Origin: the human T2T-CHM13v2.0 reference genome, Homo sapiens
Length of the DNA: 64,000 nt
NCBI RefSeq assembly: GCF_009914755.1
Contig: NC_060942.1
Reading direction: 5' to 3' (one strand)
Numbering within the stretch: position 1 is the stretch's first letter; each line of letters opens with the position of its first letter. Position numbers and translations under genes: made by a program. The notes below the pieces were generated by a model that did not search any database, was not told the origin of the DNA, and worked only from the letters and a program-made list of their open reading frames with translations. This document shows positions 14,160-28,735 of this stretch, piece after piece.

Positions 14160-14731
14160 TGTGTTCATTTTCTATTGCTTCCTAAAAGTTTACTACAAAC
14201 AGCAGCATAAAACAATAGCATTCATTATCTCACAGTTCTGTAAGTCAGAAGTCTGGCACAGCGTCTCATGAGACTGAAGTCAAGTTGTTAGCCAAGTTGA
14301 ATTCTTAGCTGGAGGCTCTGGGGGAAAAGTCTGCTTCCAGGCTCATTGGTTCTCAGATGAATTTACTTCATTGCAGATGTAGGATGAGGTGCCCACTTCC
14401 TTGCCAGTTGTTGACCAGGGATTGCTCTCAACTACTAGAGGCTGCCCACATGCCTTACCATGTGTCTCTTTTCCTTCAAGCCAGCAACAGTGCATTGAGT
14501 CTTTCTCATGCTTTGGATCTCTGGCTTCTTCTGCTGTGCTGAGCTCTAGTCCCAGATTTAATGGGCTCAAGTGCTTGGGTCAGGCCCTCCTGAATAGTCT
14601 CTCTATCTTAAAGTCGACTAATTTGGGATTTAATTTTGTCTGCAAAATCCCTTCCCAAGGGTATCTAGACTCCTGGAGAGTAACTGGGAGAGGGTGTATA
14701 CCCATGACTGTCTTAGAATTCTGTCTGCCAC
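14160..14731. mobile_element. MLT1-family (ERVL-MaLR) solo LTR
   Basis: attatctcacagttctgtaagtcagaagtctgg...ggaggctctgggggaaaa...cttagaattctgtctgccaca, with TG...CA ends. Confidence 0.8.
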
Positions 14732-16805
14732 ACCTAGCATGTGCCCAGGATGAGGAGCAGAGTAGCCAGGGGCTGAAGCAGGGGATGACTTAGGTGTGGG
14801 CAGCTGTGGAGCAGGAGGAGTAAGGTGGGTGCTGGTGGTGTGGGGAGGTATAAGGTCCTGTAGGCTTTGAGTGGCAGGTGCAGGAAGAGGCAATGGACAG
14901 TACCTCCCATGCCCCTGCCTGTGGCCCTTGCCACCAGATGTGCATAGCCCAATCCCAGCTGACTCCCTGAGGACCTGCTGCCACCCTTGCCTCCACATCT
15001 GGTTCCCTCATTCTGAAAAGGGCACCGCCTTGGCCTGAAACCTCCAGTCCGCTGATTCCTCCCTCTAGGATGGGTGAACAGACCCACAGCTCCAAGGTTG
15101 CTGAGCTCAGGGGCCCAGAGCGAGGCCCTGCAGCACCTCAGAGCTCCCTGCAGCAGGCCTGGGGTCCGAGGGAGGCTGGGCCCCTTGCAGCGGCCAAAAG
15201 CCTAAAAATGAGCTGGGAAAGCAGAGGAAGATGTGTGCACAGCAGGGCGGTTCTCCTTCCCCCGGGCAGTTCTTCCTCTCCATTCCCTCACCCTCGGAGA
15301 AGGCAGTGAGGGTGTGGGAGAGTCAACATTCATGCTCTCAGCAGCATTTCTGGAACCCAGCACACCATTCCTTGCCCTGCTTTGGACTCGCTGCAGTGAA
15401 AACACTCAACAAACCCTAGATTATTGGCAAATAACTGTGTTCCAAAGAAGTTCTCAGGGTTAAGGTTCTGAGGTTCAAAGTTTTGAAATTCAAATGCTCC
15501 ATTAAACCTGCTAGGACCTCGCCTTTATTACTGGCAGCAGCATTCACGCTGCTCTATATGGCTTCAGAGCCCTGTGTGTGCAGGATTCATGTCTTCTCTG
15601 TGCTTTCTTGTGGTAGTGGTTTGGTAGAAGTCTGTTCTACTAGTTGTGATACTAAAAGCATGTGCAGACTCTGTTTTCTCTGGCAGATCAGGATCTTCCA
15701 TGGAAATCACAGGTCTCCAGATAATAAAAGAGGCACAAGGCAAGCTTTAAATCCCCTTCCCATCTAGCCTGGAGCCCATCAGAGGAAGGGGAGGGTCCCT
15801 GGCCTGGAGGTGAGAAAGGTTCTAGCTTTCCTCACTCCCAGGTGGGTCAGGTGGGAGCTTCGGGGGATAAGCAAGGGAGCGGGGAGCAGAGAGGGCGGTG
15901 GCGGTGAGGTCCCAGCAGACCTGGGCCCCTGCAGGGCTGGGTTGAGCACATCAGCTCCAGAGATTGCAGTTCTGTTGGTGGACTTTAACTAGTGTTCCAG
16001 CCATAGCTGGTCATCTATGCCGCGCTGCCCCAGAGAGAGGGTGCGAGGGCTAATGGGTTAGTCATGCCCCTGTAAAGGTGACCAGGCAGTGTCTGTGGCT
16101 AGGCCATATCAGCATAGACAATGCAGCAAGCCTTTCTCGTTCTGCCAGTGAAATCCAGTCACGTTCCTGCAGACTCACCATAGGTGTGTTCCAGTAGCTG
16201 CACCAGAGCAAGGCTGCAAAATCCTGCTTATAAGTTACGGCCCATAGGCTTCAACTAATTTAGGGGACAGTCTGGTGACTGAAAAGAAAAAGTCTCCTCT
16301 TAAGTAGTCATTTTCTTGGAGGACCTGAGCCCCTCAGAGGTTTGTGTCTCGGGCCCCATTGTGCACCCTCAATCTTGGTTCTGTTGTTTATTTCATCCTG
16401 CTTTGTGGTAGATTCTGTTAAATCTGAGTCAGGAAGTGAGGCTTGGCCTGTAGGCTGAGCTCATCTTCTGCCTTTCCCAGCGATTAAGGCCTAGGTAGAC
16501 ACTAACTCTGACACTGCACAGTGCCTGTGCTGGCCAATCAGACAAGTGGCCTGCATTCCCTGGGCCTCAGTCTCCTGCCCTACACAGTGGGAATTACAGC
16601 ACATAGTTTATGCTGAGGGCAAGCCAGCCCCTCGCTGACTTCTCAGGGTTGTTGGAAGAACAGAACGCCATGATGGATAAGAAGATGCTTCCAGGAGCAG
16701 AGGGTGTTTCTCAGGTGTGGGCATCGTCGTCTCCTCCAGCAGCGTCTCACGGAGTTCTCTGTCCTCTTTCCCACCAGTCCCGGCCCAGGCCCCTGAGCTG
16801 GAGGG

Positions 16806-16985
16806 ATGGAAAACTCCTCTGCAGCATCAGCCTCCTCGGAGGCAGGGAGCAGCCGCTCCCAGGAGATCGAGGAGCTGGAGCGCTTCATCGACAGCTACGT
16901 GCTGGAGTACCAGGTGCAGGGGCTGCTGGCTGACAAGACGGAGGGTGATGGCGAGAGCGAGAGGACCCAGTCCCACATCTCCCAG
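16806..16985 (+). CDS. CTIF: CTIF first coding exon (probably exon 2; exon starts at 16778 with 28 nt of 5'UTR), aa 1-60
   Basis: Pyrimidine tract and CAG acceptor ending 16777. ATG 16806 in gggATGg context with an in-frame upstream TGA at 16794. Translation MENSSAASASSEAGSSRSQEIEELERFIDSYVLEYQVQGLLADKTEGDGESERTQSHISQ matches the CTIF N-terminus as I recall it. Donor CAG|GTGAGC, phase 0. Confidence 0.96.
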
Positions 16986-18294
16986 GTGAGCGCGGGCCCG
17001 GGGTTGGGGCAGCTTGGGAAATTCAGAGGGGGTGATGCAGGAGCCCCTAATTCTGGGCAGCATCCAGTTGCCTGACACTAGACCGCCAAAGCATGAATGG
17101 TCCCACCCAGCAGAGCACCCAGAATCTGGCAGGTGGGCTTTGGGATCCAGGCAGGAAGTGCCCTGGCTGTGCACCCCGTCCCTCTAACCCACCTCCACTC
17201 CTCCCTATCCAATGAGGCTTTGAGGCCCAGCCAGGCCCACATGTCTTTGAACATACGTCTCTTGAGTACTGACTATGTGCTGAACGCTGTTCCCTGTCCT
17301 CAATAAGCTTATGTTCTAGGAGAGATCTGGAGGTTTCGCTTCTCCATAATGCATACCATCAAAGAACTATAACTTGTGAATATTTTCTGTGATTTCAAAT
17401 ACAAGTAGTTGTTGGTAGCCAAAGGAATGATTGTTAGTAGCCAAAGTCTCGTGGGATTCTCACCCAGGGCTCTGTATGTCAGACATACTTAGACATATGA
17501 GGCAATCCAACCAGCGTCATGTTTGGTCCTGCACCCTCCTGCCTCAGTCTGTGGCATCCCTGACCTTGGAGGGGAGATGGACTCATCTGAAAGATTGTGA
17601 GCTGAGATTTGAAAGTCTTGGCTTCTCCCTCATAAAGTATGAATGCATTAAGGATAGGGACCCTATCAAGCATATCTTTGCCTAACACCACAAATCCTCA
17701 GCAGATTTTTGTTCAAGAGCTGCTTCCAGATTGGCTTCTAGCTGCCAGTGTGACCTTGGGCAGAACCTTCAATGTCTGTGGGGCTGTGTTTTCTTATCTG
17801 GCAAATGGGAATTATGCTGTTGCCTCGGGAATGTTGGAAGGTCAAAGACAGTAAGAAGTACAAAAGCTGCAGAGAATCAGTACTGCCTGCACAAGCATGT
17901 ACAGGAGAGTCCCCTGTCTTATCTGGAGTCAGGGTTCTGGGGATCCGCCTCTCGTGCGTGTTATCCCATCTCCAAGCCTGGGACTCCTGGGACAATCAGA
18001 AGGTGAGCTACCTGGGTGCACCCTGCTTTGGGAAAAGGCTGAGTCCAACCACCTGGCTCACTTTTTGGGTGGGACCCCTAGCTTTTTAGAAGCCAGAACA
18101 AACTTTTGGCTTTGCTGGAACTCAGACCAGGAGTCACTCTGGGAAATGCTGAAGCCACAGTAATCCCATGCCCTGTCCCCACTGGGAAGCAGGGGACAGA
18201 AAATAGTCCTGAGGGAGAAAAAAAAAAATAGATGTGATGCTTTCTTTAGTGTCCTTGAGGTTCTAAAATCACAAGTAATGCAAGCTTATAATTT

Positions 18295-19790
18295 GTTTGT
18301 TATTCAATCCATGAGTGTTTAACAAGCTTCTATTCTGTGCCAGGCACTATTCTAGGACTCGTATCTAGGATTGAGCAAAAAAGCCCTGCCCTCATGGACT
18401 GTGTATTCTACTCGTGGATGATCATTGCGATGGAGAAAAGTAAAGCGGAAAATGGAACGGGGAGTGAGGAGGAGCAGGAGGGGCTTGCAGTTTTAAGTAG
18501 CGTAGTCAGGGAAGCTGGCATGGAGGGGAGGGAGGGGTGGGTAGTGGAGATATCCGGATAGGAACATCTGGGCAGAAGGACCAGCCTGTGCCAGGGCTGG
18601 GCTGGAAGAAGAGTCCGGGCCCAGCCAGGAGGCCAGGGTGCTGGAGCAGAGGATGAGGGAGGGAGAGCTGCGGAGATGAGTCAGAGGGATGATGAGGACT
18701 GTGTCGTCAGGAGGTGCGAGTCCTGAGCCCTGGAGTGGCCCCACATGAGGAAGAAAGAATGTGAGGAGAAGTGAGCCTAGAGACCAGTGAGGCAGGAGGG
18801 AACCAGGCTGCTCCTGGAGCCCAGGAGGGGAGTCGAGGGAGTGGGATGGGGAGACTGCCTTGCGGGCCACTGCCAGGCCAGGTAAGAGGGGCTGAGAATG
18901 GCTGACTGAGCAGGGGGCCGTGACGGGGAAGTTTCCACTGAGCGGTGAAGGCAGAAGCCTGCCTGTGGCCAGCTCAAGGAACAGAAGGAGATGGCCTGGA
19001 GACTAGGAGAATAGTACAACTGTTTTGAGGAGTTTAGCTGTAAAGGGGAGAGACATGTGGTGGTATTTGGGGGAAATAAGGTCAAAATAGGAGCATTGAC
19101 CTGTGTGTTCAATCCAGGGGCAAGTCAGGGGTTGCTGGAGCCCTGGCCTATCCCCAGCCCCCAGCGGTTCATCCACAATGACAGGAGGGAGTGGCAGGTG
19201 TGGGGCCGCGCATCTAAAATGGCTCCTGCAGCACAGCTGTGGTTTCTCTCCAGCTGCTTGCGGCCACGAAGGTGCAGAGGCAGAGTTACAAAGATGACTT
19301 TAACCAGGGTGGAGGTTTCTCCAGGGAATACAGTGGAGGAGAGAGGGGTGAGGGAGGCACAGGAGTGATGATGGTGAGTCACCTGGATGCTGAGCCAGGC
19401 CAGGACGGGAGTGGGTACCTGAGGTGGTTGTGGAGGCTGACAGGTGGTAGGGTCAGTGGATTGGAGGCCACCCAAAGAATTGTAATCCTGGTAGCAAAGA
19501 GACTGAGCTAGAAAGATGGTGGGGGTGTGGCGTGTGTCCAGGAGTGGGGTGTTTGAAATCAGAGGTGGAGGAATGCAGTCATGGGTCAGGAGAGGGCTGG
19601 GTGTGAGCATGGGAGTGTGTGGGGGAGAGGGAGAGGCCAGGAGGAGAGCGGGTCGTGAAACTCAGATCCATCTTCATGGATCTTGAAATCACCAAGAAAG
19701 GACAAAAGGATGTGGGAAAGGGTGGCTGTGATACAGGAGAAAAGTCCTTGAGGAATGTGGGAGCAAGGTGGTGGCTGGGTGGCCTGGCGG
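18295..19790. mobile_element. L2 fragments
   Basis: ttattcaatcc..., tgtgccaggcactattctagg and gaggagtttagctgtaaagggg; purine-rich degenerate L2 pattern. Confidence 0.6.
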
Positions 19791-21086
19791 TCTACAGCTG
19801 ACCGCATGGAGGGTCTTGTCTGGTGGTGCATTAACTTATTTGCATAATCCTTTTTTTAATATACAAACTATGCTTATTGCACAGCTAATAGTACCATGAT
19901 CTGAAGTGGAAGGAGGAGGAGGATTAGGATAGATTGGAAAATTGTAAGGGAAATTAACCTCTTTAGATTGTCTAGGGCAGGAACTAAGTGAACCAACTTT
20001 TGCAGTCCCCTGGAAGCCCCTAGAGCTGACTTCCCCAGGAGCAGGGCCTGTGGATGGGCATATGGGCTGGCTGGGTACCCCCTGTTGTGGGCTGCCTGCC
20101 TTTTCAGCTGTGTGGCATCCAGGCCTGCAGCAGGGCATCCTCCAAAGGTTCCTCCAGCTGAAATTTGCTCTACCTGGAGGAGCCAAGGAAGCCTCAAAGC
20201 TTCACCCCAGAGGTATGCGTGGCTGATGGTAGAATTTCTGTGCCCAGAGCAGCCAGCGGGGACATAGTTTTGAAAGGAGGTGCCCTCCCAGCGCTTTCAG
20301 TCTGGGCTCTGTGCTTCTGGCACCAGCTCCAGGGATCAGTGGGGCCTGACTCACGCTTGGATGCCCCCATCTGTGTGGCGGGCAAGGCAAGGCTGTGGAG
20401 GGGCTTTCAGACTGACGTCTGCTGTGAAGTGTGGTGTGGAGAACACCTGTGTGGTGTGACATTTGGATGCATTCTCTAAACTTTCTTCATGCTCTGGAAT
20501 TCCCTCGAAGAATGCAGACACCTGGCAGGATGCTGGGGCCTGCAGGCCTGCCTGCTGCTGCCGGAAAGGGAGGATGTTTCAATCCTGCCCCTACCGCGCC
20601 CCTGCCTCCCTGATCCCCACAGTCACACACACACCTGGGGTACCGACTCTGGAAGAGGGACGGCTGTGGCCCACTCTCAGGAAGGCCAGGGTTAGCTGTG
20701 TCTACATAAGATACTTTTTAAAAAAATTCTCTATTAACACAGCTTTATGGGAAATATTTCTGCTAAAGCACTTTGGCTTGTTTTTTTTTTTAATCTGATG
20801 ACTAGTTTAAATGGAAGCCAAAAAGAAAAAAAAAAACAGCAAACACTCAGGGAATGTTCCTGTCTGCCTGTGTGGTATTTTGATGTTTCTGGGGAGGAAA
20901 TTTGTTAAGAAGCTTGGAAACCTTGAGAAGACCTGAGGGAGTGGAGAGGAATGTTGCTCTTCAGCTGGTGAGGTCATTTTTTAGGATCTGAGAAGTGACA
21001 GTTGACACTCAGGGAGAAAATATCTCATGATGTTTGTACACTTGTGTTCCTCTCGTCCTTCCCAGTAACAACTAGAAAGAAATGAA

Positions 21087-21193
21087 GGATGGATGGATGG
21101 ATGGATGGATGGATGGCTGGCTGGCTGGATGGATGGATAGACAGACAGATAGATAATACATAGATAATAGATAGATAAGATAGATAGATAGAT
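21087..21193. repeat. Compound (GGAT)n(GGCT)n(GATA)n microsatellite
   Basis: Read directly. Confidence 0.95.
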
Positions 21194-21263
21194 CAGTTTT
21201 CCTGTCTCTTAGATGAATAACCAAGACAATGTGTGTTTTAAGTTTGCCAACATTTTCTGGATG

Positions 21264-21441
21264 CCATGTTTAACATCATACCTCTCCCCATGCTTGACAC
21301 CACGCCCCTCCCCATGTTTGACACCACGCCCCTCCCCATGCTTGACACCACACCCCTCCCCATGCTTGACACCACGCCCCTCCCCATGCTTGACACCACG
21401 CCCCTCCCCCGTATTTTACATCGTACCCCTCCCCCATGTTT
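21264..21441. repeat. 24-bp minisatellite (CCATGCTTGACACCACGCCCCTCC), about 7 copies
   Basis: Five near-identical central units (21288-21407) and diverged terminal units. Confidence 0.95.
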
Positions 21442-22529
21442 CAGGAGCACCTGCTGTCCAATAGATTGGAAGTCCCCACAGTCACTCTATCCTTGGGAGG
21501 AGGAGGGATTTTAGCCCTATTCTAAAGGAGGGAAACTGAGGCACAGAAATGGAGCATGGCCAAACCCCACTGCTGGGTGGTGGCTGAGCTGGGCTCTGGA
21601 GCCCCATCCCCACCCCACCTACTTCTGGTTTCCTGCTCCGTACAGGCCATGACTGATTGGGTGTTGGGTGGTTAATATAGATTTCTTTCCTATAGAAAGA
21701 AAATTAGGTCTCCAAATCTCATTGACCACTAATCTTTTGGGGAAGAGATTAGGATGTTGTAAGTGGGGAAAATTTTGGCACATGTGATGTTCGTGGATGA
21801 TCTAGTGGATCACCAGAAAGCTTGGAAGCAGTATGCAACTCTGAGCGAGCATGAACTCACTTAGGGAGCTGTGAGAAATACTGATGTACAGGCCCCACTG
21901 CTAGAGATGCAGGCAAAGGTGAGGGGCCTGGGCCTGAACTATTCATAAGCCTGTGCATGACTCTGATTGCCACAGTGGGAGCAGGGCTGTCTCCTTTCTC
22001 CCCCTCCATGGCCTGCTGCCCCGATCCAGTCTCTTGGAAAGATAACATGTAGGAACCCTATGAAGATACATTTAATGACAGCATAGTTTCCAGTAAATTC
22101 TTGTTAAGGGGTCAAATTAAGAGCCAGTGAGAGTGAAGATCACTTCCTATAGCCCTATTTTGATGCTTTCCGGCACTTGGAAACCCTGGGTTTCATCTAA
22201 AATGCAGTGATCTTTACAAAGGGGTGCAGCAGTGGCAATGAATAGGATAGGGTGAGAGTGTTCAGATCGGCTCAATGGCTTTTCCTAACAAGTTTCTCCT
22301 CTTTCTCTTTACGTTTCTCCTTTCATTCTGCCTTCCCTGTTCACTGTTCCCTCGCCCTTTTTCTAAAATCCCATCTCTTCATTTCCTTCTGCCCTTAAAT
22401 TCATTTTTCCTGATGTCTTTGCTCACAGGAGGAAGTACTCAATGGTGGACCACCCATGAAAGGCTTAACAGAAGAAGTGAGTTTATAGGAGGACTGCGGG
22501 GTGGTTCAGCATGGGGGATTTATTATATA

Positions 22530-23210
22530 TTTTCCCCTTATTTAAAAAATGTATTCTAAATTATACAAGTACTTTATGCATACATTCCCATAGTGCACAA
22601 GAATTCAGATATTAATAATTAAATTCTCCTGAGCTAAAATTATTTTAAATTATACAAGTCCTTTATGCATACATTATCATGGTACATAAGAATTCAAATA
22701 TTAACAATAAAATCTTCTGTGCTACCACCTCATTCTGCTCCCTTACTCCTACCTCCCATCAGATGAGTGAGTTCATTTCCTTGCCTTTTTTAATGCCTTT
22801 CCTGACATAGGTATGACTTGAAGAAATACAATATTGTCAAATCATATATCATAGCCAGTGGATATATTGTTCAATAACTTGCATTTTTCACCTGCCCACA
22901 TGCCCCAGAGATTCTTCTGGGCTTGCACATCTGCTGTGTTCCGTTTAGTGGCTGCCCAGTTGTCCATAGCATGGATTTATTTAACCATTTGCTTAATGGT
23001 AGGCACTCAGGTTACTTCTAAATTTTCCCCTGGAAATACGTGATACTTCAACACATACTGTTGAACATGCCTCCTTCTGCACAAATAATGGAGTTTCTTT
23101 AGTTAGATGCTGAGAAGTAAAATTAATTTTAATAGCTGTTGTTAAAGTGCTCTCCAAAGATCTTCCATTATCCATACTGCCACCAGTGTATTGGGACATC
23201 TTGTCATTTT
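22530..23210 (-). mobile_element. Old L1 (L1ME-type) fragment containing an 89-bp tandem duplication
   Basis: caacttgcatttttca-like and atagcatggatttatttaaccatt motifs; AT-rich. Confidence 0.55.
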
Positions 23211-23229
23211 AATTCACATTGTCTTATTT

Positions 23230-24196
<967 letters not shown>

Positions 24197-24489
24197 ACCA
24201 ATTACTTTTTAATAGGATAAAATTTTATTTTCTCAAAGTAACAATTGGAAAAACAGAGGCAAGTGAAAAATGGAAAAAAATCATTTTATGGCAACTAATA
24301 TAATTTTTGTGCATCATTTTTTAAACATCTTTTACAAAGTTGTACTTCTAGCATACATGTAAGTTTTATGATCTGTAGGTTTTAATGATCTCCTAGACAT
24401 TGTTTGGTGGTGGTTTTTAGCATAAAGTGTAACTATTTAAATTTGCTCTTTTTCTGCTAGGTGGTAAAATATAATAGAATGAAAGCTAA

Positions 24490-25620
24490 CATTTATTCAT
24501 TCAGGCTCTTTTGTAGGCTCAGGGGGCAAAGTCAAGAACAAAACAACCATGATCTCTGTCTCAGTTTCTCACAGGGAAAGACAGACAATAGAGGGAGAAG
24601 GAAATGGGATGTTAGAAGGTGATGAATGCATGAGGGAGGCAGGAAGTGAGTGGGGAAGGCTCGCTTAGGAGTGAGGATTTGGGCAAGGTGACTCACGCCT
24701 GTAATCCCAGCACTTTAGAAATCTGAGACAGGTGGATCACTTGAGCCCAGGAGTTCGAGGCCAGCCTGGGCAACATGGTGAAACTCAGTCTCTACTATAA
24801 ATACAAAAATTAGCTGGGCATGATGGTGCATGCCTGTGATCCCAGCTACTGGGGAGGCTGAGGTGGGAGGATCACCTGAGCCCAGGACCCAGAGGTTGCA
24901 GTGAGCTGAGATCACACCCCTTCACTCCAGCCTGGGCAAGAGAGTGAGACCCTGTCTCAAAACAAACAAACAAAAAACAGAAAGAAAGAAAAAGAAAGAA
25001 GACAGGGTTGGGGGGGAGGGTGGGGAGGAAGGAAGGGAGGGAGGGAGGGAGTGAGGATTTGAAGGAGGTGAGAGTGAGGCCACCTGGGAAAGGGTATCCA
25101 GGCAGAGGGAGTGGCCAGGGCAAAACTCTGGTGTGGGGCATACCACACAGTCAAACGGGATCCCTCTGAATGCTATGTAGAGAATAGGCTATGGTAGGGG
25201 GTCAGCAAGAGAGGAAGCAGAGACCAGGAAGCCGTCTCCTTGCTGCAGGGGAGAGGCAATGGAGACTGGGGCCGTGTGGTCACTGGAGGTGATGAGATGC
25301 CTTCAGAGTCTAGGTATGCTTGGAAAGTGCTGACACTGTGATTGACCCTGAAGATTTTAGCCTGAGCAAATAGGATAGACTTTGCAGAAATGAGCTATGC
25401 AAGACCCTGGAAGAGCAGCTCTGGGGGGCAAAGGTCAAGAGTCCCGTTTGGGCATGAAAGGTTTAAGATAGTATTAGTCACCTTAGAGGAGATGTTGGTC
25501 CACCAGTTCGATGCACATTGGTGGTGTTCAGAGGAGGATAATGAGCTGGGTGCTGCTTTAAGCCCAGGGGGTGAGGAAGTTTACAGGAGAGGATCAAAGA
25601 TTGAGCCTTGACTTAAGAAG
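24490..25620. mobile_element. L2 fragment interrupted by an Alu
   Basis: catttattcattca..., ttttagcctgagcaa and tttgggcatgaaaggtttaagat. Confidence 0.6.
24687..25000 (+). mobile_element. AluJ-like
   Basis: gatcacttgagcccaggagttcgag...gtgggaggatcacctgagccc followed by an A-rich tail. Confidence 0.9.
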
Positions 25621-25659
25621 TTGGGGAGATGAGGAGGAAGTAACAAAGGAGACTGTTTG

Positions 25660-25990
25660 CATTGTTTCTCACATGTTAACTCATTTAGTCTTGAAGATGT
25701 TGTTATTATTACCATCTTACAAGGGAGGAAACTGAAGCACAGAGAGGTTGACTTAAGCTTCCTGAGGCCACACAGCAAGTACATGGCAAGACTGGGGTTT
25801 GAAACAGGCAGCCTGTCTCCACGTACCATCCACTTATCCTCTCTGCTATTGGTAGACCTATTATTATTACAGATGGGGGAAACTTCGTCCTGGGGATGAA
25901 GCGATTTGCCCAAGGTCATAGAGTAAGTGGCGGAGCTGAGATCTGAATTCAGGACTCTCTGCTTCAAGAACTCAAGCTCCTAATCACGCA
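25660..25990. mobile_element. Two adjacent MIR fragments
   Basis: gaggaaactgaagcacagagagg and acagatgggggaaact...ttgcccaaggtcata. Confidence 0.72.
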
Positions 25991-26527
25991 AGCATTCTCT
26001 ACAACAGGAAAGTTGTTTGTTCCTTAAAAGATGGGAGCAAAAGCCTCCCTCTCTCTCTCTCAAATCTCAGCCATCAGCAGCATCCTGTCCCTCTTAGCAC
26101 AGGTCTTTTCTAAAATATCACTGGATAGAGAATGAGCTGCCAGCCAGCCTTGGGTCCCACATCAGGGTCTTGGTTCTCCTCCCCATGTCAGTAAGCCCAT
26201 GTGCCCAGGAGAAAGGAAGATGTCATGCACACTCCTGTCTTTGAGAAGTTGGGTCTTCAGGCTAGCAGGATTCTGACTGGGGTCTGTGAGACTGGGAGGA
26301 AGCCATTTCCCTTCAGCCTCAAGTCTCCCTTCAGGGAAATGAAGGCATTGGTGAGAGCCCTGGTTGCATTGTGCAGCCCCCACCTGGCACAGGTTTTACA
26401 CACAGAGGTCACATTCCACCACCACCTATGCATTCAGACACTGGGGAAGACCTGGCCTGTGGACCCCCAAAATCCCCCCTGGGTGTCTGACGCCACCCTC
26501 GGTTAAGAAGCCCTGGGTAAGATGACC

Positions 26528-26925
26528 TTTAAAATAACTATGCATTTTGAAATAATTTCAAATATACATAGAAATTACAATAATAGTGCAAACAATTCTT
26601 GCATATCCGATTAACATCTTACTACATTTGTACCCACACTCTCTCTCTAAATATATCTTATGATATATATAATTTATACATATAATTGTATGTAAAACTT
26701 CTTTCTAAATCATTTGAGAGTTAGTTCCAGACATGATGCCCCTGTATCCCTTGACACTCCAGTGTGTATTTCCTCAGAACAAGGACATGATACAGTATAG
26801 GAAATGAACATTGATAGAATGCTGTGATTAAACCTACAGCTCTTTCAGCAATTTTCCCAGTAATATTGTTTAGAGCAAAAAAAAAAAAAAATTGGCTGTG
26901 ATCTTTGTCTAATCCAAGATGACAT
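26528..26925 (-). mobile_element. Old L1 (L1MC-type) 3' fragment
   Basis: ttttgaaataatttcaaatatacatagaaattacaa, catttgagagttagtt and cagtgtgtatttcct. Confidence 0.6.
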
Positions 26926-27189
26926 ATTGTGTTTAATATCAGTCATTTTTCCTGGGTCTTTGAATGATCCCTATTTCTGTCCTTTGCTCATGCTGCCACT
27001 TTTTGGCTGTGTATTCCTGGGTGAGTTACTTAACCACACTGTGCTTCAGTCTCCATGTTTGCTAATTAGAGAAGGTAAGAGTGCCTCAGCAGCCATGAAG
27101 AGTAAATGTTAGTAAGTGCAATGGACTTAGAACAGTGCCTAGATTTAAGAGAAGTCTTTATATAGTCTGGTGATTAATTCTTTGCTACA

Positions 27190-27553
27190 CAGCAGGCTCC
27201 CCTTATCCACTGTTTTGCTTTCCATGGTTTTAGTTACCCACGGTCAACTACAGTCCAAAAATGTCAAATGAAAAATTCCAGAAATAAACAATTTATACAT
27301 TTTAAATTGTATGGCATTCCAAGCAGTATGATGAAATCTCATGCTGTCTCTCCCGGGACATGAATCATCCCTTTGTCCAGCGTTTCTAGGCTGTATCCTC
27401 TACCTGCGCGTCACTGCCCAGCCCAGAGTCACTGAGCAGACATCTCTGTTACAGGATCACAAACAGATGTAGGGCTTTTTACCACCCACGGTTTCAGGCA
27501 TCCACTAGGGAATCTTGGAATGGATCCCTCAGGGTTGGGGGGGTGGGCGACTG
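27190..27553. mobile_element. MER44A-like (TcMar-Tigger) MITE
   Basis: Left end cagcaggctccccttatcc, internal aaaattccagaaataaacaatt and gaatcatccctttgtccagcg, right end ggtttcaggcatccact...cttggaa...actg. Confidence 0.82.
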
Positions 27554-27802
27554 TGCATGTTGCAAGTAGCTTCTCACTTGTCTTTATTTGTTCATGATTT
27601 CTTTTGTCGCTTAGAAGTTTGAAATTTTGATGTAGTTTAAAATTTGCATCTCAGATTTCAATCACCTTGGAATGTGTTTTCCAAGAATAGTGCAAGGCAG
27701 ATATCTAAGGTCAATTTTTCAATGGCTGGGTGGTTGTCTCAATACCATGTATTTATTGATGAGTCTCTCCCTCAATTCAAAACACAATCCTTACCTATAT
27801 GA

Positions 27803-28216
<414 letters not shown>

Positions 28217-28312
28217 CGGGCTCTAGCTTTATGAGATACTTTGATATCTGGTAGGGCTGGTCTCTTGGAGGAGTTTTAGGCACCACTGAAATGGGGGCCT
28301 GGTCTAGCTTTA

Positions 28313-28735
<423 letters not shown>

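Noticed and set aside
16647-16714. Possible small exon just upstream of exon 2 containing gccATG (16670)
   Set aside because: It would leave only a 63-nt intron with a weak GTGTGG donor, and the ATG would be out of frame with CTIF.
21264-21441. Regular short repeats resembling a CRISPR array (also 7604-7679)
   Set aside because: Head-to-tail units without unique spacers, no cas genes, human DNA.
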